DNA of 64,000 bases from Candidatus Eiseniibacteriota bacterium. GTDB taxonomy: Bacteria > Eisenbacteria > RBG-16-71-46 > CAVPCR01. How positions within the stretch are numbered: the stretch's first letter is position 1; every line of letters begins with the position of its first letter. The notes beneath the pieces are model-generated. The model was not told the DNA's origin and ran no database searches. It saw only the letters and a program-made list of their open reading frames with translations. Positions 1-10,556 of the stretch are shown in pieces. The stretch covers positions 704,001-768,000 of the forward strand of contig CAWGMA010000003.1 of the NCBI GenBank assembly GCA_963823555.1, read 5' to 3'. The position numbers and the translations under genes were made by a program.

Positions 1-1428
1 GACATTAGATTGGTGGGTATCGGCTTCATGACCCGGATGGCCGCCAAGGCGTTCCGCATGGCGGCCGCGGCCCGTGAGGCCGGTGCCATGGTGGTCATGG
101 GCGGTCCGCACGTGACCGAGATGCCGGGCGAGGCCCTTGGCCGGGACGGGGGGCCGCGGTATGCGGACTCGATCGCGCTCGGCGAGGCCGATCACACCTG
201 GCCCCAGCTGGTTGCCGACGCGGCGCGCGGTGAGCTCAAGGAGGTCTATGCCCCGCTTGATGTCTGGGGGAAGGAGCAGAAGCCTTCTCTCGCGGACTAT
301 CCGCGGATTCCCTGGGACCAGATCGATCTCGCCCAGTTCAATCTGATCCGGCTCATGCCAGATTCGATACGCGGCGTGCTCCATAAGTTCGGCATGGAAT
401 GGGAGTGCTTCCACATCGTGCCGATCGAATCGGGGCGTGGCTGCCCCTACGGCTGCGAGTTCTGTACGGTGACAGGCTTCTTTGGTGATGAGATCCGCTT
501 CCGCAGCAACGAGAGCGTGGTCAAGGAGCTGCTTCTTCTCAAGAGACTCGAGCGTGAGCGCAAGGGGAAGATCGCTGTCTTCTTCATCGACGATAACTTT
601 GCGATCAACGTGAAGCGGACCAAGTCGCTCTTGCGAGATATCATTGCCGCCGGGGCCCAGGTGCCCTGGGTGGCGCAGATCAGTATCAACCTCCTGCGCG
701 ACAGTGAGCTCCTCGACCTGATCCAGGAATCGGGTGGGAAGTGGATCTTCTGCGGCCTCGAATCGATTGATGCCGATCACTTGAACAGCGTTGCCAAGAG
801 TTTCAACAAACCGGCGGAGTACAGGCAAATACTCGAGCGCATGGCCGAGCGCCGCATCTATGCCATTACCTCATTCATCTTCGGCATGGACAACGAAGCG
901 GATGACGCCGCCGAGCGAGTCTTGCGTGCTGTCCGCGACTGGCCGCCCGGTCTGCCTGTCTTCGGACTTCTCACTCCTTACCCAGGGACGCCGCTCTATT
1001 CCAAGCTGGCCGCATCGGGACGCCTGGACCGCCCTCGGCACTGGATGGATTTCAGGCCCTTCCACATGGCCTTCACGCCCCTCGGCGCGACCTCAGCTCA
1101 ATCCCAATCTCAGGTCGCTCGCGCCTGGGCCGCTTCCTATGACGCCAGGGCGAACAGCCGAGCGGACACCTGGCTCCGGCGCATGCCGCTGTCAGATCGT
1201 ATCATCCACCTCTTCTCGCGGCTGGCCTTCCGCGGCATCTACTTCCCGCAGATGAGATGGAGCGAGTGGGCCCGCGTCGTCTTCGCCAATTGGCGGACGA
1301 TCTCGGGATTGCTGATCGAGGTTCTTGCCCTGCGCGGTCGCCGGAGCATGGCCCGCTGGCTTCCCTTCCGATCTCGCGATCGCCGGCCGAGCGCAGTTCC
1401 CGTCAAGCTCGCAGCTCCGATCGACTGA
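1..1428 (+). CDS. B12-binding radical SAM protein (5'-truncated by window edge)
   Basis: Frame is open from base 1. Cobalamin-domain motifs GGPH and GEAD; radical SAM RGCPYGCEFC; FFIDDNF, GLES and TPYPGTPLY motifs. Confidence 0.9.
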   Translation, partial: DIRLVGIGFMTRMAAKAFRMAAAAREAGAMVVMGGPHVTEMPGEALGRDGGPRYADSIALGEADHTWPQLVADAARGELKEVYAPLDVWGKEQKPSLADYPRIPWDQIDLAQFNLIRLMPDSIRGVLHKFGMEWECFHIVPIESGRGCPYGCEFCTVTGFFGDEIRFRSNESVVKELLLLKRLERERKGKIAVFFIDDNFAINVKRTKSLLRDIIAAGAQVPWVAQISINLLRDSELLDLIQESGGKWIFCGLESIDADHLNSVAKSFNKPAEYRQILERMAERRIYAITSFIFGMDNEADDAAERVLRAVRDWPPGLPVFGLLTPYPGTPLYSKLAASGRLDRPRHWMDFRPFHMAFTPLGATSAQSQSQVARAWAASYDARANSRADTWLRRMPLSDRIIHLFSRLAFRGIYFPQMRWSEWARVVFANWRTISGLLIEVLALRGRRSMARWLPFRSRDRRPSAVPVKLAAPID

Positions 1429-1521
1429 CCGTCTTCCGCGGCGGGGCTGCATCGATGACGCGATGGTGATTACCATGCGCCATGTGGTGTGGACACCTCG
1501 AACGTCCAGGGAGCGCCGTCG

Positions 1522-2538
1522 ATGAAGATGAGGTCCATATTCCCGGCCTGGGGCCGAATCCTCCAGGGGTACAAGCCCTTCCTATCAGTGGAGATCACCA
1601 AGGAGTGCCCGCTGCGTTGCCCTGGGTGTTACGCCTACGAGCGCGAGCACCTGAACAACGGGCACACGATCCGCGACCTGCGGGATCTCAAGGGGTCCGA
1701 GCTCGTGGCGGGAGTGGTGGCGCTCGTGCGCCGCGAGCGCCCCCTGCACGTGTCGATCATCGGCGGCGAGCCGCTGGTCCGCTACCGTGAGCTGGGGGAG
1801 TTGATCCCGAGGCTGGGGGCGATGGGGATCGAGGTGCAACTCGTCACAAGCGCTGTCCGGCCCATCCCCCGCGAGTGGGCCGGGTTCTCCAACCTGCACC
1901 TCGTCGTGTCGATCGATGGACTCCGGGAGGAGCACGACGCCAGGCGTGCTCCGGCGACCTATGACCGGATTCTGGAGCACATCTCTGGCCACAAGATCAC
2001 CGTACATTGCACGATCACGAAACAGATGTTGTCACGCAATGACTGTCTGTCGGAGTTCTCCCGCTACTGGTCCGAGCGGCCCGAGGTGCACAAGATCTGG
2101 TTCAGCCTCTACACGCCGCAGGAGGGCGATGGCAGCGGCGAACGACTGACGCCGGCGGACCGGCAGGAGGTGATCACGACCCTCGCGCGTCTCCGGGGTC
2201 GAGTCCCCAAGGTCTACATGCCGGAGGTCGTTCTGAACGGGTACCGCCGTCCACCAGATTCCCCGTCGGAGTGCACATTCTCCCAGGTGACGACCTGCGT
2301 CACGGCTGACTTGGTGACTGCGGTGACGCCCTGCCAGATCGGCGGCAGGCCCGTCTGCTCGGAATGCGGTTGCCTGGCCGCGGCCGGCATGGTGGCGGTC
2401 CGTAATCACAAGCTGGGTGGTCTCGTGCCTGTGGGAGATATCTTTCTGCTCTCGCAGAAGATCGGGAGTCGAGTGCGAACGGACGAGAGTGGATCACGGC
2501 CGTCGAAACCTCGGCTTGATCCACTGCCGGAGACTTAG
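1522..2538 (+). CDS. Radical SAM protein with Cys-rich C-terminal region
   Basis: CPLRCPGC, GGEPL and VSIDG motifs; C-terminal C...C...C...CxxCxC. ATG at 1522 follows AGGGAG. Confidence 0.88.
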   Translation: MKMRSIFPAWGRILQGYKPFLSVEITKECPLRCPGCYAYEREHLNNGHTIRDLRDLKGSELVAGVVALVRRERPLHVSIIGGEPLVRYRELGELIPRLGAMGIEVQLVTSAVRPIPREWAGFSNLHLVVSIDGLREEHDARRAPATYDRILEHISGHKITVHCTITKQMLSRNDCLSEFSRYWSERPEVHKIWFSLYTPQEGDGSGERLTPADRQEVITTLARLRGRVPKVYMPEVVLNGYRRPPDSPSECTFSQVTTCVTADLVTAVTPCQIGGRPVCSECGCLAAAGMVAVRNHKLGGLVPVGDIFLLSQKIGSRVRTDESGSRPSKPRLDPLPET

Positions 2539-2888
2539 CATCTTCGCATCGCTGCCTGGTTGCACTCGACGGCAGTCCGCCCTCCGCCTCGAGACCGCGG
2601 CGGCGCTGCCATCGGGGACGGCCCGGGCGAGGACGAGGCGGGGTCCGGGCCGGGGGGTTACGGCGGCCGCGCCGTGCTCGCCGCGCCCGTGGCCCAACCC
2701 GGCCACCGGGATACTCGACCGTCTCCTGGATCCTGCCCCAGGCTGGGCCGAGGCCCTCTCCCTCGGCGACGCGGGGGGGCCAGGGTGAGCGTGCTCCGGA
2801 GCGGATGGTGGCGCCGGCGCCGGTTACGCGCGCTGGGACGGCCGATCCCGCCGCGGGGGCCCCAGGAATGGCCCGCCGAAGAACGAGC

Positions 2889-2917
2889 TTGACCCGACCG
2901 GCGGAATGGCCGATAGT
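2889..2917 (+). promoter_or_regulatory. Candidate sigma70 promoter for the RRM gene leader
   Basis: TTGACC-17 nt-GATAGT. Confidence 0.4.
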
Positions 2918-2977
2918 CTCCGTGGGATCCGGGTTCCGCCGACCGTCGGCGGCAGTACTAGACACGAAACCAAGTCT

Positions 2978-3011
2978 CGCCGTGAAGGATCTGTTCCCGC
3001 GGCGTTTTTTT
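2978..3011 (+). terminator. Intrinsic terminator-like hairpin upstream of the RRM gene
   Basis: CGCCGTG-AAGGA-TCTGT-TCC-CGCGGCG followed by T7. Confidence 0.55.
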
Positions 3012-3146
3012 ATTGGGGTCGAGTCTGAGGTCTGAACCGGGCCTCCCCGGCGCCTCGCCGGACCATGTCCTGCTTCTCCGCTGGAGACGCCGGCACTGGC
3101 AGCGGAATCGGCGTTGGAAACAGTGAAGAATCAGGAGTGCATTGGT

Positions 3147-3440
3147 ATGAGTACGCGCCTTTACGTGGGAAACCTTCCATATAACATCGACGAGACCGAA
3201 TTGCGCAGCATCTTCGAGGCTGACGGTCGCACGGTCACTGATGTTTCGATCATCACGGATCGCGACACCGGCCGGCCTCGCGGTTTTGCCTTCGTCGAGA
3301 TGGCGAATCAGAACGACGCTGAAAGCGCGATCAGCGCGCTGAACGGCCAGGACATTGGTGGTCGTTCACTCACGGTCAATGAGGCCCGCGAGCGGACCGG
3401 AGCTGGCTCCGGTGGCGGTTCTCGTCGCCGCGACTATTAA
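3147..3440 (+). CDS. RRM (RNP-1) RNA-binding protein
   Basis: RNP2 LYVGNL, RNP1 RGFAFVEM, VNEAR, Gly/Arg tail; AGGAG upstream of ATG 3147. Confidence 0.95.
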   Translation: MSTRLYVGNLPYNIDETELRSIFEADGRTVTDVSIITDRDTGRPRGFAFVEMANQNDAESAISALNGQDIGGRSLTVNEARERTGAGSGGGSRRRDY

Positions 3441-3472
3441 GAAGCGATCTCTCGCGTCATTGCCTGAGACCA

Positions 3473-3504
3473 GAAGCCCCGTCGGGTCATCCCGGCGGGG
3501 CTTC
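3473..3504. terminator. Hairpin between convergent genes, probably a bidirectional terminator
   Basis: GAAGCCCCGTCGGG-TCAT-CCCGGCGGGGCTTC. Confidence 0.7.
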
Positions 3505-3547
3505 ACGCTTCGGATCCCGGCGGCAACCGGCCGTGGTCGCGCTCCAC

Positions 3548-5872
3548 CTACTCGATGTCGATACGTTGCTCCGCGGAGACCCAGAGGACATCGCGGAGCG
3601 CCGGGTGCCGCAAGAAGATCTCCGCCTGCTTTTCCCGCAAGCGCTCGTCGGTGAAGCCGAGAATGACGAGATCGGCCTCCGCCGATCGATGTTCCACGAG
3701 CTTCTTGAACTCCATTCGCTCGTCCGTGGCGATGACGCGCAGGTTCTTCGTCGTGATCGGAAGACGTCCCGAAGAGATCATCTCGATCAGCTTGGCCCGT
3801 TGTTCCTCCACCTCGTCATGAGGGAAGGCGGCGAAGATGCGGATCTCAGCCTTCTCCCAGTCGGGATGACCGAGCAGGATGTAGGAGAGGAGGATCATGA
3901 GATTCGCGTTGTCATAGTCGTGCCAGGTGAGCCAGATGTGCACCTTGGATCGGCTGCCGAAGTAGTGGTCGCTGTGACGCAGCACCAGCGAGTTCATGCG
4001 GCCGCGGGAAGTCAGAAGGCATCCCTCGTAGACCTCGGCGAGGACCTCCGGGCCGTCATGAGTCGAGAACTCGAAGAGCACGGTGTTGTTCTCCATGCCG
4101 GTGACACCGGGGACCTGGATGCATTGAGCCAGTGCGGAGCGCATGGATGGTGAGACGATGGTGTCGACGTAGACCGAACTCTTGCGCGCCTGCGCGAGCT
4201 GGATGAGGCGGCCAAGCACCTTGCGGCTCAGACGATAGGAATCATCGTCCAGCACCCCTTCGATGTAATGGAGATAGGTGCCGAAGCCATACCGCCGGCA
4301 GATCCAGGTCAGGAACTGCAGCGGGGAGGTGCGCTCGAAGGTTCGCCCGTTGATCATGATGACGCTCGGCCGCCAGTCCTCGTGGGTGGCCGGGCTTGCC
4401 GCCTGCTGCAGCTTGATCTGCGAATAGCGGGTGGCCTGGGTCATTACCCCCTGCAGGATCGCTCCCAGATCGCCCTTGCCGCCGCGGCTGATGCGGATGC
4501 CCTGGTAGATGGCGGCCATGATCACGACCGCCAGGCTGGCGAAGACGAAGTCCATCTGGAACATGAGCACCAAACAGACGATCGCGCCGGTCAAGCTCAG
4601 ATACCACTTGGACCGGAAGCTCGGGCGATAGCTCGGACTGGCGGCGAAGTGCTCGAAGAAGCTGATGGCGCAGAGCGTGCCGTACGTCACCATGAAGAAC
4701 ATCGAGATGATCCGGGCCACGAAATCGATGCTGCCGCCGGCAACCGTGGCGAGTGCGATGGCTGCCGTGACGAGGGTGGCGTTGCGTGGCTCGTTGTTGT
4801 CACCGAGGCCCTGCGCGAGGAACTGGTTCAGGGGACGGCGCGGCACGATCCGATCGGCGGCCAGCGCCTGGAGGGTGCGCGGGGCGACCAGGATCGAACC
4901 GATGGCCGAGGAGATGGTGGCGCAGGCGAGCCCGATCGGGATGATCGGTCCCCACAGCGCGATCCGCGACATGACGAGCTGATCCGTCGCCAGGAGCTCC
5001 GGTGAGGCCGATGCGGTCAGCTTGACCACGGTCAAGACGTAGACCACCAGTCCGGTCAGGGTGGCGGCCAGGATCCCGAGGGGGATCGAGCGGCGCGGGT
5101 TGGCCAGATCGCCCGATAACCCGACCCCGGCCGTCATCCCGGTGAATGCGGGGAAAACGATGGCGAAGACCAGCATGAAGGGGTCGTGATTCGCAACCTT
5201 GTTGAAGAGCGCGAGCTCGTGACGTGCCGTGCTGTCGGCCGGAGATCCGAGGAAGAAGAAGAGGAGTGAGCACGCCAGGACCCCGACCACCACCCAAAGG
5301 GCCTTGACCCCGAGATTGGCGCCCCGGGTGATGACGAGCAAGCCCAGCAGCACCGTGGCGGGCAGCGAGACCACGCGGGGGTCGAAGGCGAGCCCGGTGA
5401 GCGTCTCCCACCGCGGAGCCAGGGGGGCAAAGGCCTCGGCGAAGGCGATCATGTAGAACGCCACCGAGACCGCCTGCGACAGGTAGAGGGAGATCCCTAT
5501 GGTGCCGCCGATGGTCTTGCCGAACGAGCGCGAGATGATGAAGTACTCGCCGCCACCCTCGACCCGGCGGTTGGTGGCGATCTCGGCGATGGCGAGCGCG
5601 GTGGGGATGGTGACCAGATGTCCGAGGAGGATGATGAGGAGGGCGCCGAGGAGGCCGGCGTTCCCCACCGCGTAGCCGAAGCGGAGAAAGAGGATCGCCC
5701 CGAGGATGGTGCTGATGCTGGCGAGGTAGACGGGGGCTGTCCCGAAGCCATGGCCGATCCCGAGCGTCTCCACGGCCACGCCGCCGGACTCGTGACGGGC
5801 GGCTGCGCCAGGGGCTGACGCGCCGGGGCCGATCGCTGGAGATCCTGATCCCGAAGACGGCGTATGATTCAT
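3548..5872 (-). CDS. APC-superfamily permease, SLC12/cation-chloride cotransporter-like, with cytoplasmic C-terminal domain
   Basis: [28 protein letters not shown]...[25 protein letters not shown] and DWRP motifs; about 12 TM segments plus a soluble tail. Start uncertain. Confidence 0.88.
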   Translation of the reverse strand: MNHTPSSGSGSPAIGPGASAPGAAARHESGGVAVETLGIGHGFGTAPVYLASISTILGAILFLRFGYAVGNAGLLGALLIILLGHLVTIPTALAIAEIATNRRVEGGGEYFIISRSFGKTIGGTIGISLYLSQAVSVAFYMIAFAEAFAPLAPRWETLTGLAFDPRVVSLPATVLLGLLVITRGANLGVKALWVVVGVLACSLLFFFLGSPADSTARHELALFNKVANHDPFMLVFAIVFPAFTGMTAGVGLSGDLANPRRSIPLGILAATLTGLVVYVLTVVKLTASASPELLATDQLVMSRIALWGPIIPIGLACATISSAIGSILVAPRTLQALAADRIVPRRPLNQFLAQGLGDNNEPRNATLVTAAIALATVAGGSIDFVARIISMFFMVTYGTLCAISFFEHFAASPSYRPSFRSKWYLSLTGAIVCLVLMFQMDFVFASLAVVIMAAIYQGIRISRGGKGDLGAILQGVMTQATRYSQIKLQQAASPATHEDWRPSVIMINGRTFERTSPLQFLTWICRRYGFGTYLHYIEGVLDDDSYRLSRKVLGRLIQLAQARKSSVYVDTIVSPSMRSALAQCIQVPGVTGMENNTVLFEFSTHDGPEVLAEVYEGCLLTSRGRMNSLVLRHSDHYFGSRSKVHIWLTWHDYDNANLMILLSYILLGHPDWEKAEIRIFAAFPHDEVEEQRAKLIEMISSGRLPITTKNLRVIATDERMEFKKLVEHRSAEADLVILGFTDERLREKQAEIFLRHPALRDVLWVSAEQRIDIE

Positions 5873-6124
5873 GGAAGGGGCATCATAGGACGGCCGAGGG
5901 GGGCCGTAAAGGACGGCTCCGGGGCCTTCCTTCCGCAACCGACCGCTCCCTGGCGGTGTCCTAATGACGATGTGAGGAGCCTCGGCCTCGGGCCCGCGCG
6001 GGGCCCGCCTCGGCTCTTCGCGGGCGCTCGAAGCGCCCCAAGTGCCGCCAACGGGTCCGGGCCCCGCCCTGCGCGCTGGTCCGGCCCCGAGGCAACATCG
6101 CCCCCCGAGAGGCGGCTGTTACCG

Positions 6125-7231
6125 ATGTCAAGTCAACGAATGCCCGTACCGCACGGTCTGACCCTGTACGGCGCTGTCATCGTCCTCATGTCCGTTCATC
6201 TGATTCAATGCGGTCCGCGCTCCGGGTCCACCGCCGAGCCGGCGCGAAAGGTCGAGCCCATGAGCGAGTTCAAGAAACCGGATCCCGAGGAGCTCGAGCG
6301 CAGGCTCACTCCCGAGCAGTACCGGGTGACGCAGGAAGAGGCTACCGAGCGGCCGTTCCATAACGCCTACTGGAACAACAAGGAGCCGGGGATCTACGTC
6401 GACGTCGTATCGGGTGAGCCGTTATTCAGCTCGCTCGACAAGTTCGATTCAGGAACCGGGTGGCCCAGTTTCACTCGACCGCTCACGGCGGAGAACATCG
6501 TCGAGCACAAGGACACGACCCTCGGCATGACTCGCATCGAGGTGCGATCGCGGCATGCTGACTCCCATCTCGGTCACCTCTTCGATGATGGACCGGATCC
6601 GACCGGGCTCCGTTACTGCATCAACTCGGCGGCGCTGCGCTTCGTGCCGGCCGACAAGCTCGCCGAGGAGGGCTACGGCCAGTATGCCGCAGGCTTCGCG
6701 CCTGCCGCCAGTGACTCGAGCGCACGCCGCTCCCAGAAGGCGGAGGCGCATGCGGTCGCGACTCTCGCCGGCGGCTGCTTCTGGGGGATGGAGGACATCA
6801 TTCGTGAAATCCCGGGTGTCATCGACACCCAGGTCGGCTACACCGGAGGCACCCTCGAGTCACCCCGCTACGAGAACGTGAAGACCGGACGCTCCGGGCA
6901 TGCCGAGGCCATCCGGGTCGTGTTCGATCCTGAGCAGATCAGCTACGAGGATCTGCTCGGCTATTTCTTCCGCATGCACGATCCGACCACGCTCAACCGC
7001 CAGGGCAATGACACCGGGACTCAATACCGCTCAGCCATCTTCTTCCATGACGAGAAGCAGCATCGCATCGCGGAGGAAGTGAAGGAACGCGTCGATGCCT
7101 CGGGCAAGTGGAAGAAACCGGTGGTGACCGAGATCGTCCCGGCGGGTCCGTTCTACCCCGCCGAGGATTATCATCAGGATTATCTCGAGAAGAACCCCGG
7201 AGGCTACACCTGCCACTGGCTGCGCGACTGA
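6125..7231 (+). CDS. msrAB: Bifunctional methionine sulfoxide reductase, MsrB-MsrA fusion
   Basis: Msr[24 protein letters not shown]. Msr[26 protein letters not shown]. Start is 6125 (possible lipoprotein signal) or 6260. Confidence 0.95.
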   Translation: MSSQRMPVPHGLTLYGAVIVLMSVHLIQCGPRSGSTAEPARKVEPMSEFKKPDPEELERRLTPEQYRVTQEEATERPFHNAYWNNKEPGIYVDVVSGEPLFSSLDKFDSGTGWPSFTRPLTAENIVEHKDTTLGMTRIEVRSRHADSHLGHLFDDGPDPTGLRYCINSAALRFVPADKLAEEGYGQYAAGFAPAASDSSARRSQKAEAHAVATLAGGCFWGMEDIIREIPGVIDTQVGYTGGTLESPRYENVKTGRSGHAEAIRVVFDPEQISYEDLLGYFFRMHDPTTLNRQGNDTGTQYRSAIFFHDEKQHRIAEEVKERVDASGKWKKPVVTEIVPAGPFYPAEDYHQDYLEKNPGGYTCHWLRD

Positions 7232-7992
7232 TGAGAACCGTACTCATCAGCGGCGGATCGAGCGGCATCGGGCGGGCGATGGTGGAGGAATTCGCCGCGA
7301 GTGGCTACCGGGTCTGGTTCACGTATCACACGGGATGGGACCGGGCCCAGCGTCTCACCGCCGCGCTCGCCGGGCGTGAGGTCCAGGCATTTCCCCTGGA
7401 GCTCGGCAACCGGGCGAGCCACGTGGCGCTCCTCTCCGCGCTCCCGGGACCGGTCGACATTCTGGTCAACAATGCCGGACTGGGCTCGAAGACCGTGGAG
7501 AAGGTCGCGGCCGATATCCACGATCAGGATGCAGCGCTCATGATGGTGAACGCAGTGGGAGCGCTCTGGCTCACCCGTGATCTCCTCCCGGCCATGGAAG
7601 AGCGGGATTTCGGCAAGGTGATCATGGTGAGCTCCGTGGGTGGAGGAATCACCCAGTACGCTCCTTTCCATCTCGCGGATGGCATGAGCAAGGCGGCTCT
7701 GGCCTACCTCGGACGTCACCTGCAAGCCCTCTACAGCCGGGAGCCGATCGATGTCTTCACCATCTGTCCCGGCGCCACCGAAACACCCATGTTCGAGGCG
7801 AGCACGCTGGCCAAGCTCGATGCGGAGGCCAGGTCGAGACTGATCGACTCGTTGCCGGGGCGGCGGCTGATCGATCCCAGGGAGATCGCGCGGTTCGCCG
7901 TCTGGCTATGCACGGACGAGGCCCGCATCCTGCGCGGGGCCGTGATCGATGCCTCCCTCGGCCTTGGCGCCGACCCCGGCGTGCTGAGCTGA
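7231..7992 (+). CDS. SDR-family oxidoreductase (atypical DxxxK site)
   Basis: SGGSSGIG, LVNNAG, ICPG...TPM; start overlaps the msrAB stop (TGATG). Confidence 0.88.
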   Translation: MRTVLISGGSSGIGRAMVEEFAASGYRVWFTYHTGWDRAQRLTAALAGREVQAFPLELGNRASHVALLSALPGPVDILVNNAGLGSKTVEKVAADIHDQDAALMMVNAVGALWLTRDLLPAMEERDFGKVIMVSSVGGGITQYAPFHLADGMSKAALAYLGRHLQALYSREPIDVFTICPGATETPMFEASTLAKLDAEARSRLIDSLPGRRLIDPREIARFAVWLCTDEARILRGAVIDASLGLGADPGVLS

Positions 7993-8004
7993 GGGCAGGC
8001 CCGG

Positions 8005-9342
8005 CTAGGGAGCTCCGGCTCGGCGCTCGAGATGGTCCCAGAGAACCTCGCTCATGAGGCGGATGCCGAGAGGGACGGCGCGTTCATCGGGATCGAAGCT
8101 GGGGCTGTGAATGGTCATCGGTCGATCGGGGCGGCCGACGCCCAGGCGGAACATGAACCCGGGCACCAGCGCTTGATAGCGGGAGAAGTCCTCGCCCCCC
8201 ATCGCCGGGTCATAGCGCACGACATTCTCCTCGCCCATGACCCGCTTCAGGGTGGGGAGCGTCTCCGCGACCAGATCCGGGTCGTTGTACATGGAGGGTG
8301 TCCCGAGCGCGTAGCGGATCTCCGGCTCCGGCGCCCCGCTCGCCGCGGCCACGCCGCGCACCGTGCGGGGAATCGCCGCTTCGAGCTGAGCGCGGACTTC
8401 GGGCTCGAGGCTGCGCACGGTCCCGTGCAGGGTGACCTCCTCCGGGATCACATTGCTCGTCGTTCCACCGTGGATCGAGCCCACGGTGACCACCGCCTGC
8501 CGGGCTGGATCGATCTCTCGGCTCACAATCGTCTGCAGCTCGAGAACGATCTTGGAGGCGATGACGACAGGATCGATGGCCTTGTGCGGGTAGGCGCCAT
8601 GACCACCGCGTCCGACCACGTGGATGAAGAAGTCATCGACGTTCGCTGCCGAACGGCCCGGGCAATAGCCCACCTGCCCGTAGAGGATCGTCGGATGGTC
8701 GTGCAGCGCGAAGATGGCCTCGGGGCGGTGGCCATTCTCGAAGAGCCCCGCCTCGAGCAGAAGCGCGGAGCCGGCTCCGATCTCCTCCGCGGGCTCGATG
8801 ATGAAGAGCACCGAGCCCGACAGCGAGGCTCGCACCGCGGAGAGCACTCGCGCCGTACCGAGGAGAACGGCGGTGTGGATGTCGTGACCGCAGGCATGCA
8901 TGACCCCGACCGTCCGCTCGCCGAGAGTATCCGTGCGGGTGCAGGCGTAGGGGAGGCCGGTCGCCTCGGTGATCGGTAGGCCATCGATATCGGCCCGATA
9001 GCCGACGAGGGGGCCAGGCCGGTCGCCGCGGAGGATGGCGACGAGCCCGGTGCCCCATTCTCCGGGCACGAGCTCGACTCCAGGGATGGCTTCGAGCTTG
9101 GCGCGCACCCAGCTCTGAGTCTCGAACTCGCGGAGCGACAGCTCGGCGTGCTGGTGGAGCCAGCGGCGATCGGCGGTGGCTTCCTCGCCGTGCTCCGCGG
9201 CGAGCGCTGCAAAGTCCGGCCGCGGAACACTGGCCTCGGCGTGCGCCTGGCTCGTCTCGCCGGCCTGGGTCACGGCCAAGACGGCGGCGACGAAGCCAAC
9301 TGCAGCCAGGGTACCGCGGATCGCTGGGCGCGCGAGATTCAT
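8005..9342 (-). CDS. M20D amidohydrolase with signal peptide
   Basis: RADIDGLP, MHACGHD, PAEE, GHGAYPH, GGEDFS; GGAGG before ATG 9342. Confidence 0.92.
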   Translation of the reverse strand: MNLARPAIRGTLAAVGFVAAVLAVTQAGETSQAHAEASVPRPDFAALAAEHGEEATADRRWLHQHAELSLREFETQSWVRAKLEAIPGVELVPGEWGTGLVAILRGDRPGPLVGYRADIDGLPITEATGLPYACTRTDTLGERTVGVMHACGHDIHTAVLLGTARVLSAVRASLSGSVLFIIEPAEEIGAGSALLLEAGLFENGHRPEAIFALHDHPTILYGQVGYCPGRSAANVDDFFIHVVGRGGHGAYPHKAIDPVVIASKIVLELQTIVSREIDPARQAVVTVGSIHGGTTSNVIPEEVTLHGTVRSLEPEVRAQLEAAIPRTVRGVAAASGAPEPEIRYALGTPSMYNDPDLVAETLPTLKRVMGEENVVRYDPAMGGEDFSRYQALVPGFMFRLGVGRPDRPMTIHSPSFDPDERAVPLGIRLMSEVLWDHLERRAGAP

Positions 9343-9443
9343 GTCATTCCTCCTCAGCGAAAGGACGCACCATCTTCGCATGACCCAAGTCGAGGCCGCA
9401 AGGAACTCCACCCCCGCTGCCTGGGATGAGTTCGGGATGGGTT

Positions 9444-9460
9444 ATTACACACCTGTTACA
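9444..9460. promoter_or_regulatory. OmpR/PhoB-family-like direct repeat in a divergent intergenic region
   Basis: Minus strand TGTAAC-AGGTG-TGTAAT, 11-bp period. Confidence 0.4.
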
Positions 9461-9572
9461 CCCGATCGGGAGAACGACAGCTAGGATGATTCATGGGTGA
9501 TGCGAGACGCTGCGGTCTCGATCATCGGGATACGGCATCCTGGCCGCCGGCTGTTTCCGGCAGGGAGTCATC

Positions 9573-10556
9573 ATGTACAAGAGCTCCTGTCATTTCGCCC
9601 TCGTCCTCGGCGCGGGAATCGCTCTTTTGGCCGCAGCTCCGGAGGTCGGAGCCACGAGGGCTGATCGGGATCTTGTTGTGCTGTCCACGGCGTCCACACG
9701 GGGAGAGCTCGAGCACTGTGGTTGCCACAACGCTCCCAAGGGTGGGCTCACCCGTCGTGCCACCTACGTGGATTCGATGCGCACGGCGGCGGGTCCGCTC
9801 CTGCTGGTCGATGGTGGCGATTACTGCCATCCGACTCCCGGCCATGATGATCGGGAGAACGCGTTCATCCTCGAGGCCATGGGGAAGATGCGCTACGACG
9901 CGATGACCCTGGGCGAGCTGGAGATCGATCGAGGAGTCGACTACGTCAAGGCGCTACTGGTGGCGACGCCGGTTCCCATCACGCTCGCCAATGTCCGCTT
10001 TGCAGCCGATTCGACACCGGTTGGAGAGCCCTACGTGATCCGTGAGGTCGATGGAGTGACCTGCGGGATCATCGGTCTCCTCGGTCAGGATCTGGGTGAA
10101 GGAACGGCGAAGTTCAGCGAGCTCGGGTTCGCCGTCGAGGATCCGTTGGCGGTGGCCGCCAGGATGGTGCCGGAAGTCAGGAAGGAGGTCGATCTCGTCG
10201 TCGTGCTGGCCCACCTGAGCGCGACCGAGGCCGCTGCTCTACCCGAGGCCGTGCCGGGAATCGGTCTTGTCGTTTGCGGCCATTATCCGGGCAGCGCGGA
10301 TCCCGCTCAGTCGGGTGGGGCGATCATGGTGCGGCCTGGCCAGCGCGGGCAGACGGTCGGTGAGACGCGGATCACCCTGGCCGCCGACGGCAAGATCGCG
10401 GGCTTCTCGGGAAGGGCCGTGGTCCTCGAAACCCGCACCATGCGCGAGGACCCGGAGCTGCTGGCCGAGCTTCGCAGCCTCATGGCTGCGCTCGGCAAGC
10501 AACTCCGGGATGATGTGGTGACTGCTGCTGTGGAAAGCGGTGGCGACTACCAGTAG
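9573..10556 (+). CDS. Secreted 5'-nucleotidase-like metallophosphoesterase N-terminal-domain protein
   Basis: Signal peptide; GELEHCGC, GGLTRRAT, LVDGGD, LGELE, VVLAH, VCGH. Confidence 0.75.
   Translation: MYKSSCHFALVLGAGIALLAAAPEVGATRADRDLVVLSTASTRGELEHCGCHNAPKGGLTRRATYVDSMRTAAGPLLLVDGGDYCHPTPGHDDRENAFILEAMGKMRYDAMTLGELEIDRGVDYVKALLVATPVPITLANVRFAADSTPVGEPYVIREVDGVTCGIIGLLGQDLGEGTAKFSELGFAVEDPLAVAARMVPEVRKEVDLVVVLAHLSATEAAALPEAVPGIGLVVCGHYPGSADPAQSGGAIMVRPGQRGQTVGETRITLAADGKIAGFSGRAVVLETRTMREDPELLAELRSLMAALGKQLRDDVVTAAVESGGDYQ

Noticed and set aside
2539..2888. Short ORFs in the GC-rich spacer
   Set aside because: Low-complexity Arg/Pro/Gly translations with no RBS or motifs.
9716..9724. 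Possible selenocysteine in the CGC motif
   Set aside because: The codons are TGT-GGT-TGC; there is no in-frame TGA.
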